From the NCBI GenBank assembly GCA_904063045.1, contig CAJFCJ010000012.1:496001-560000 (forward strand): DNA of 64,000 nt, written 5' to 3'. This DNA comes from Dimorphilus gyrociliatus (Eukaryota > Animalia > Annelida). Positions 54,601-64,000 of the stretch are shown here, piece after piece. The first letter of the stretch is position 1. The number at the start of each line of letters is the position of its first letter. A model generated the notes under the pieces. The model ran no database searches and was not told where the DNA came from. It worked only from the letters and a program-made list of their open reading frames with translations. The position numbers and the translations under genes were made by a program.

Positions 54601-55334
54601 AAAGTATACAATAAGCCAAGTTGCGTAACCTTTGAGTTGGATAATTGAAATTAATATATATATATATATATAATATATAAGTAAAGTTTTATATTAATCT
54701 TGTTATACAAGAGAGTTATTTAAGAGATAAATCAATTTCTTCAAATCAATAGAAAAATAAAAAAACATGAAGAAAATTTTGTAATAATTTCTTGTCCAAT
54801 TCATACAATTGAACGACTACAGCAAAATGTTTCGTACTATTCAGAGTTACTAAATGTACAAAGTAAAAAATAGCAATTTCTTTTTAATGTACAGTAAATT
54901 GAGGACATTAAACAATCATTTCTATCCTATCTTCTCATTTCAAATAAAACACACATTTCTTTATCTATTCTTCTTCTTCTTCGCTCTCTTCTTCATTTTT
55001 CAGCTGGAATTTATAGCGTTCTACTTTTTTTTCCATAAGTTATTTAATCCTTTATTACGAGGCTGAATGAGCACAAAGTAGACAAGTATTTTTCTAATAG
55101 TAGGATAATTGACAAAAGGTAGCTCTCTCACAGCTATTAATGCTTGAGCTGAATATTCAAAAATGAATAAAACATGAAGGCCTGTATGCAAATGTATTAT
55201 TTAAAAACAGTCATTCTCGCCTATCTTGCCAACTTACTGCAAACGGTTACTTTAAATTATAGTAAATAAAAATTTTATATGATTATCATCTAGGATCAGG
55301 AGATTTATAAAAAATATTGAATTTGCTTTTAACG

Positions 55335-57828
55335 ATGCTACGATTCTTTCAAGTTCTAACATATAGTTGCTGTATTTTACTATCCTATAGTAAATTAACA
55401 GAAGAAATTGAATCAGCTAAAGATTTTTTAGAGTCTTACAATAGAGAAGCTGAAATCGAAAATACTCTTTTATATAATGCAATATGGAATTGTTACACAA
55501 ATATTACCGATTATAATCAGAATTTGATGGTGAGAAATTTATTAAAACAACTAAATTAACGTAATTTTTTGTATTTATTAAACGCTTGAATATACATACT
55601 TATTACTTTAAAAAAGACAAAAGCCCAACAAAGGTTTGCCCGTTTTGGAAAAGATAAATGGGAAAAATTAAAAAAATGGAATTGGAGAAATTTCACGGAT
55701 GAATATATAAGAAGACAATTTCAAAAGATTTCCGATGTAGGCGAATCCGTTCTATCTAACGAAAAATATCAAAGATACTCAGAAATAAAATCGGACTTGG
55801 AAAAATTATATTCAACGGCAAAAGTTTGTAAAAAACCTGGAGATTTAAATCCAGAGAAATGTTATAGCTTAGAACCAGATTTAAATCAATTAATGGCTAA
55901 TTCGACTAATTGGGATGAATTATTGTGGGCATGGAAAGGTTGGAGAGACGAAACTGGTCAAAAAATGTATAAAATGTTTGACGAATATGCTGAATTATTT
56001 AGAGAAGCTGCTCGAATTAATGGATTTGAAAAGGCAGATGAATATTGGAAAAGTTGGTATGAAATGGATAATTTTGATTCCGAAGTTGATCGTTTATACG
56101 AGCAAATAAAACCGTTTTATCAACATCTACATGCGTACGTAAAAAGAAAATTAAAGAAAACGTTTAAAGATAGAAAATTTCCGGATAGTGACCACATACC
56201 AGCTCATTTATTAGGAAGTATGTGGTCAAATAGTTGGGTAAACATTTTCTCTCAAGTTGCCCCTTTTCCAAATAAAACTAACATCGAAGTTACGAAAGAG
56301 ATGTCAAATCAGGTTTAATTTTAAGTTAAACATATTAGCATAAACAAAATAACAAATAGTTATCAAATTTCTTTTATTTATTTTAATACTCTTTAGAAAT
56401 ATACAGTGAAAAAGTTGTTTAACATATCGGAAGAGTTTTTCCTATCATTAAATTTAAAAGCAATGCCTAAAAGTTTTTGGAAAGACTCTATGCTTACTAA
56501 ACCACAGGATAATAGAACTGTTTTTTGTTTTCCCTCGTCGTGGGACTTTTACAATCAAAAAGATTTTAGGTAAATTATAACCATTAACCGTAATGGACAT
56601 GGTAGTATTCTTTCCTAATAATCTTCTCCTATATTTAGGATACTGCAATGTACGGAGATAAATATGGAATGGTTAGTTATAACTCATCACGAAATGGGTC
56701 ATATTCAATATTTTCTTCAGTATAAACACTTACCAGTTGTCTTTAGGGACAGTGCTAATCCAGGTAATGAATATGAATTATTTAAAATCTATACATTATA
56801 ACCTTTTTTATGCTAAATCAAGCATTTCACGAAGCTATCGGAGAGCTATTAGCTTTGTCTGTTGTTACACCAGAATACCTACAAAAGATTGATCTATTAC
56901 CAAAAATAAACAATGATTTAGGTAATAACATAATAATAGAACTATTAAATCGTTTTGCATAAATATCTTTATTTTGATACCTAGATATGGATATTAATTT
57001 TTTAATGAATCAAGCCTTAAGTAAATTGACATTAATACCATTTGCCTATTCATTGGAAAAATGGAGATGGGGAGTTTTTAATAATAATATAAAAAAGGAA
57101 GAATATAATAAGGCATTCTGGAAATTAAAGTAATTATAGCATTATTGTATAATAATAATTAATATAGTATTTTTTTTTCCTTAAAGATGTAAATATCAAG
57201 GATTATCACCTCCTATAAAAAGACATGACCATGATTTAGATCCAGGTTCCATCGTTCATGTACCGTATGGCGTACCATATATTAGGTAAATAATGACAGA
57301 ACCTTGTAGAGTTCTCTTTAGTTTCTAGTTCTATTCACTTTTTATTACTACCATTACAGATATTTCATTAGCCATATTGTTCAATTTCAATTCCACGAAG
57401 GTCTATGTAAAGCTTTAAAGCATAAAGGACAACTACATCGCTGCAATATATTCAAGTCTAAAGAAGCTGGTAGTCTATTGAGGTTTGTTTTATTAATCTT
57501 TTAAAAGCAGATACTTGTTTGCCTTTATAATTGTTTCTAATTTTTATCCTTTCCAAAGTAAAATGATGAAGCTAGGCTCATCTAAGAAATGGAGCGTAGC
57601 CATGGAAATTATTACGGGTTCGTAATACAAAAGAAACTATAAGAGGAATAATTCTATTTATTGATATGTTTTTGTCTTTCAATGCGTAAAAAAGGTCAAT
57701 CAAAGATGGACGGAAGTTCTTTACTAAAATATTTTGAACCACTGATAAAATATCTCGAAGAAGAGAACAAAGGTCATAAGATAGACTGGAACGAAGAGTG
57801 TTCAGACAGCTATGTAATCGAGCTTTAA
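55335..57828 (+). CDS. Single-domain angiotensin-converting-enzyme family peptidase (M2)
   Basis: Signal peptide; [20 protein letters not shown], zinc motif [32 protein letters not shown]|YF...[17 protein letters not shown]. About 9 small introns. The C-terminus may splice further at 57814. Confidence 0.94.
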
Positions 57829-58276
57829 ATATTAAATATAATATTCTATTAATATTACTTCATTTTACAATAGAAACTAGTATCGATCAACGGTAAACGA
57901 GAAAATTTACTTGCCGAATATATTAAAATACAACTTTTTATGATAATTTGTATTAATTTATGTATTAATCAAATAGTAATAGTATTTTGAATATATAAAT
58001 ATTCAAATGATTGACAAAATGAATGTATTTTCCTTAGATAATTGATATGCTTATATGTTAATATGTATATTATAATTAGAAATCATTTTTATTAAAACAA
58101 TAATTTATAACACATTCATAAAACTTGTACGGTAAAAACAACGATAAATGGATAGTTTAACTTTGAAGATATGAAGAAAAGTGTTCAAAAAGTCTCAATT
58201 GAATAATTGAGATATATATATATATATATATATATATACTGTATATATACAATAATAAATTAAAAAAGACATGTAT

Positions 58277-61200
58277 CTAAAATGGCCTTGGAAAAAGAGT
58301 TATAAGTGACGAAACTATTGCAATAAAAAAGAAAATAAAGAAAAATCTATCCAGAGTCATAGCTACAATCTGCCATTCTAATTTTAATTGTCTTATTTCC
58401 TTGGAAGTCTGCTTTTCTTTCATTGTACAATTCAAAGCATCGACAGCTCCTTCAATTTCTCGTAAATGTTTTTTAACCATTAGAAAATGTGAATCGAGAC
58501 AATGTAGCATTTGAATTTTATTTGTTGGAGATTTTGGAAAATCTTCTAATTCAATTTCATCGTGATCTTCTTCAATATGAGTAATACGAAATGCTCGCAT
58601 TCTTTCATTAGATTTTTTACAGTTTTTAGCTTTTTTCCGAAGAGGACTTGTGAAACTATTCGATGTTATCGACTTCGTTCTGGCTTCTATTTTTGAGCAA
58701 AATATTCTGGCTAAACCTTTAATAGATACCTGAAATAATAAAAAAGAGGAATAAATATACGCCAGACATTCAGAAGAGTTTTATTAAATGTTTAAGACTT
58801 TAATCCAAAGTAACAGCAATACATATTTTATTAACATATATAGATTTATATTATATATGCATTATATATAAAAATAGTTAATAAACTTTAAGCTTTAATC
58901 ATTTTTAAATAAGTTATTTAATTTTTAATAAACTTCAACATTTCTGCCGTTTCTTTTAATAGAATTTCTATAGGTCTCTTTTCGATTTATTCTTTCTCGT
59001 TTTCTTTTATATACCTTTTTAACAAGAAAACGAAATGCAAAGAGACCGCCCAAAAGCTAGATGAATGAATGAACCAAAAGATTGAAAGAAAGAGAAGGAA
59101 AGAAAAATAATCAATCGAATAATTATTCAATTAAACAATAGGCTACAATAGCTTATAGTGTCTTTGATAGTATATTACAAAGTTAAACTTTATTGTACTT
59201 ATTCAATAAATTCAAAACAATGGACTAATTCCTTTTCCAGTTAAAAATAAAAATATACTTTAAATAAAATATTCCAATATATGAAATAGAATAATAAAAA
59301 GAGTATATTTTCGTAAGCAAACACGATAAAGCTGTCAATATTTCATGAATAAAAGTAAGTATCGAATATCTAATGAAAATCATAGATTTATAATAATACA
59401 AAAATTGATTACTTTCCATAATAACTTTCCATAATTATTAATGTCATTAATATTCTAAGAAATATCTTTGAGTTTGTTAAAATCTATTGAGCAATATTTT
59501 CATTTTTTTTATTGCAGGACTCTTAAAAAATACTAGTTTATAACTTTTTCTCTCTATAAAAGGTAATCGATCAAGAGAAAAGGTCAATAAAGATTATTTT
59601 TCTTCTTGTCATTTTTGTTAAGTGTAAATCTTTTATTATTATCATTATTATTATTATTATTAAGTATAGATGCTATTGTTTAGATATTTTTCTTTGTTTT
59701 TTAAAAACTAAACAGAAGAAAGATGATAATGAAAGATCTATGAATAATTTAACTTCTCCACTTTTACCTCCTATTGATATTATCTCCATCTCTTCTTTTA
59801 TTTATAGTTGTAGTATTATAAGTATAAATTTCTCTGTTAGTTACGTTTACCTGAATATTTCTGCTCTTTTATAAAAATTTTAGTGTTCAACAGTTTAAAA
59901 ATACTTTCAAAATAGAATAAGAGCAAAGAGTAAAAACTAGATGGCATTACTGATTTAATTGACATATTTAAAAAATTGTCTTATTATTCTTATTTGTCCT
60001 AATTCTTCAGGTCGAAGAGAATGATAAAAGAGTAATAACAAATATATTAACCTCTTAATCAGACATATACATATTCGTATACATTTCTATGGGCGTTTTT
60101 TTTTTAAAAAACAAAATGTAGATTATGAATCATAAAAGCTAATGTGATTATCTTACTCTCTACCACTTTCTCTCTCTCTTTTTTTTTCTATCTATCTATC
60201 TATCTTTCGTTCTCTATCTATTTGTATTCCTCTCTATTCTCATTTATGTGTTGGTAGCAATAAAATAATATTTTATATTAAGCATACTACGTATTGAATT
60301 TCAATTTCTAACCAGTAAAATTCTTACGTATCTAAACATTAGACAAAGTGAGTTGAGAAATGGATTTCTATCATCTTGAAGAATATTATATTAATAAATA
60401 AATAAATCTTATTCCAAGTTAACAACTATCATGAATAATAGCGTAGTTTGCGTATCAAACCTAATCGTTAACTCCTGTCTTAACAACCTCACTTAAAATG
60501 AGAAATTCCTCTTCCTCAGCCTAGAAGAATATTAGTACATTTTTATATTTATAAAATGAGTTGTAAGTTCTTAAGTATAACCGAACAAAAAAGACATTTA
60601 AACATAAAAATTCTGCCACTATCGGTTAATATTGGAAAATTAGATTAATTTAACAATAAGTGAGCGTTGTCTTAACAATTTAATAAGTTTGATTTTGTTT
60701 CCTAAGCATTTAAATGATAACTAATTAAACTGATTATACAGCAGATTTAGAGTGAGATTTAACTAAAACCAAAAAGTTGAAGTTATGTAAGCAAAAAAAA
60801 AATCAAATTAAAAACCATCAACAACCATCTTACTTTCAAGATTTTCCTTGTGGTAACCTACGAAACTAAATAAGAGACAATTATCACACAATCACGGTAA
60901 AACTTACCGTCTTTAACCAGGTTGGAACTGGTTCCATAGCATCTCCTCTTCGACTTATATTAATTACCACAGTAGAGAGAAATATAGATAGCATAATAAG
61001 GACCATATTAAAACAATAGTACACCCCTGCAAAAGAAATTAAGAGAATAAATCAATGAAACATACGAATTGGAACAATAGGCCAGCGTGAAACATAAAAT
61101 CAGAAACGACGTCAATGGTATGACCTAATTACATGCTGTCGATTGTAATTTTTTCTAGGTTAATTAGAGGCTAAGAGCTACAAATTAGAATTAACTTGTT

Positions 61201-64000
61201 GCCTATATATATATATCTAATATATAAAAAAGTATTGGAAAAAATTTGTTATATAATTTTTTTTCATTATTTAAATGAAAAGATTATTAAACTGTAATTT
61301 TCTATTATTAACTGTACATCTAAAAGGAGAAATTTTTCAATAATTAATGGTGTTCAATAAAATCATTTTTTTGCTTGGCTCTATGAAAATGTATTAAGAA
61401 GGAACAAAACTTAACAGAAAAAGGTAAAGAAAATGACTCTAATTCTAATAGAGAAAGGTGAATCTGCCAAAAAGATTTATATAAAAAATGCTTCTGAGCA
61501 ATACAACTGTCTCTAAATTTCTTAAAAAACAAGGAAGCTAATAAAGAAAACCAGTAAAATGTCCTAAATTTGATAGATTAATAACATACAACAAAAGTTT
61601 TCATTTGTTAAACGAGCGAATGGCTCAAGGAATAACTCTTTTTTTAAATATAAGTAATAAGGTAATATCTACTGATGATAAAAGGAAAGATGTTTTTTAA
61701 GGGCGATTAAGGGAAGGTGGTATAAAGATATAGGCAGGAACTCTATGGAAATAAAAACTACCCTAGCATCACTAAAAACATGGATGCCAGTCGAAAACTA
61801 GCTAGAGGTTTAAACCATCTTTACAGAAGGGATTAATTTCTTATACAAAATGTTCTCGTATCACTGGGTTGCTCGTATCAAAGAGTGAAATCTTAAAGTG
61901 GCCAGCGAATTTTCCAAACAACCAATATTTTTATAATAACTTTAAAGCATTATAAAAACTTCTTCCCTACAATCAAAATTTCACTATGAATACAATTTTT
62001 CCTCCTACTGTACATAGTAGTATATTGTATATAGTGTATAGTGATTGTAAATTATCATATATTTAGCATACTGCTATCAATCAACTACATGTGTTAATGC
62101 AATTAATCAATCGCTTAGATAAATAAAAAAATTATTAAAAGTTGTTATAAGTAACCGAGTATCTAAATACTTTTAATTATACAAAACCCATTTCTAGTTC
62201 ACAACAACGCTATTTATTAAAATAATGATGAAAGAGGTCTTCCTTTTATCATTCGTATAAAAAAATTTTTATTGATATAAACATAAGATAAATATGTCTA
62301 AATGATTTGCTATAAATCATTGCTTTCGTCATACTACGTAAAATTGATTGTTTACTTAAAAACATCCCTAAACTTAATGCAAAAAAAGGCTTTATATGGT
62401 TAGTGCTATTAGACAATATGAATAAAACTTGTAGATCGAAGAACTGAAAATACATATTTATTATTAAATAAGCAGTTAATAAACTATATTTTTAAAATAT
62501 TCTATGCTGAATGATTAAGGTAGTAAAATTTCTACAATATTACTAATTTCGTGATTTAATCAATAAAGATTATGCTCAGATTATCTTCTACGATAAGAAC
62601 TACTCCCGTACTCTCTTTAATGTAGAGCATAATATAATATGTTACACAAATTAGGAAAACTCATTATTACGTCTAAACTCGACATAAATTAGACAATCAT
62701 GATTATTTCAGGACTTTTTCAAGTTGAATATAGTTATGACAATTTTATACAGAGTTTTTCCATTATCTGCCAACCAAGCCATTGTATTTATAGATAAATA
62801 TTTTCCAATTTAAGTAAATGACCTTTCAAATCTAAATACTGTTCTATGTCATATACTATACAGTATTACACTTAAAGGTGTTTGCAGACATCGTTCTAAA
62901 ATATACTGTATACACTATTTATACATACGAGAAGGTTTTGTACATGCCGTTCTAAAGAGTTTAAAATAAATGTTACCTAATGTTGGAACTGATGATGCAG
63001 TTGGAGGAGCTGCCTCGACTAAGATGAGGAGTAACAGAAGGAAGCTTGAAAATAGGCTCATAGCTGTATAAATTACACAATGAAAAATATATTAAGTGTA
63101 CAGTGGAAGTTCAAAAACGAAATTTTTGTAGAGAGAAGGGAAATATTAGAAACGTTTTCCTTCGTTAAAATTACCATCTAAGTCTATTTCTCTCTCTCTC
63201 TCTCTCTCTCTTTATATTACTCTTGTATTCTCCCTAAAATAATTTTTTTTATAAAATACTTAATTCAATAAAATAAAAAGAATTCTAATCTTTTAACCTT
63301 TTACATAAAAAAATAAGGAGATTATTGGATTTAGAAAAAATTTTTTATCCCTACTCTTTCATTTTGCTATATAAATTTGATTAGCATATCCTATATACAG
63401 TATATATAAATTTATATATACAGCATACAGTATACTATATACAGTATATATAGTATATATAGCATATATATACTGCGTCATCAATTAATTAGTATTTAAA
63501 GAGCACTTTTTCTAATGTAATTACAGCTGTACATTTAAAAAATATAAATAAATCATATTACATATACTTTATGACTGTTTTTTATATATATTTTGATTAT
63601 TTATAAAAATACTATAGAGTAAGTTAACATCCAAAATCTTTGAAAGCTGCTTAATTAAGAAAATGTATGTAGTTTTCTTTCATTTTCATTTTCTCTGAAT
63701 TAGTTAGGTAACTATCTTGTTTAGTTGATAAAGACTAGTTTTTTTCACATATATATACAATATATAGAATTTTACTTGTTATTACGCAACGATATGGTCA
63801 TTAGCAATTCATTTATAATGGAAACGTAACTGGAGCGGAAAAAATATAAGTCATGGTTTTCTTACTTTCCTTTAAATACTATTTTTAATTAAGATAATTT
63901 TTTTATATCCTGTACTTACCTAAACTAGTCCGATCGGGTCTTTCAGGAGGCAGCCAAAAGACAACTAGTGTCATACATGCCAAGAAAATGCAGGGTAAGG
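58277..64000 (-). CDS. Nicotinic acetylcholine receptor-type Cys-loop subunit, 3' part (M1-M4); 5' part lies beyond the window. Exons 64000-63920, 63063-62977, 61026-60908, 58729-58277
   Basis: M1 LPCIFLACMTLVVFWLPPE, M2 ...LLILVEAAPPTASSVPTLG, M3 GVYYCFNMVLIMLSIFLSTVVINISRR...VPTWLK, M4 LEWQIVAMTLDRFFFIFF. Splice phases are consistent. Confidence 0.92.

Noticed and set aside
61690-61935. Slightly GC-richer stretch in the nAChR intron whose plus-strand translation (RCFLRAIKG...TWMPVEN*) vaguely resembles a LINE C-terminus
   Set aside because: No diagnostic RT or endonuclease motif and several stops; cannot be supported without a profile search.
1-64000. Apparent clustering of receptors and channels as a functional sensory cluster or operon
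   Set aside because: The genes are unrelated families on mixed strands and receptor genes are abundant in animal genomes. There is no evidence of co-regulation or conserved synteny from sequence alone.
1-64000. tRNA, rRNA or CRISPR arrays
   Set aside because: No cloverleaf, rRNA-like or regularly spaced repeat-spacer structure was seen by eye.

Overview
Very AT-rich eukaryotic genomic DNA with small GT-AG introns (mostly about 50-70 nt, down to 41 nt) and dense gene packing. This fits a compact-genome invertebrate, probably a lophotrochozoan; a miniature annelid such as Dimorphilus is a guess, not a determination. Thirteen protein-coding loci are supported, mostly receptors or channels: a DEG/ENaC subunit, a mannose-receptor-like protein with at least 11 C-type lectin domains, a GlyR/GluCl-type Cys-loop subunit, two pairs of class A GPCRs, a small PRR15-like ORF, a receptor guanylyl cyclase, an EGF-bearing pseudo-RTK, a large uncharacterised low-complexity protein, an ACE-family peptidase, and the 3' part of a nicotinic-type Cys-loop subunit. 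There is also an internally deleted Tc1-like transposon. The standout is 27645-31232: a spliced receptor guanylyl cyclase whose ectodomain is a bacterial-type PstS phosphate-binding protein with all E. coli PstS phosphate ligands apparently intact, i.e. a candidate extracellular phosphate sensor that makes cGMP. Other notable signals are a nAChR-type subunit with a natural Ser at the 9' gate and a P-D-R filter, a gene-conversion tract between tandem GPCRs, a kinase-dead RTK scaffold, a possibly nested ENaC gene, and many TA-CAG/CTG-TA motifs resembling Tc1/mariner excision footprints. Exon boundaries and family assignments were read by eye without searches.
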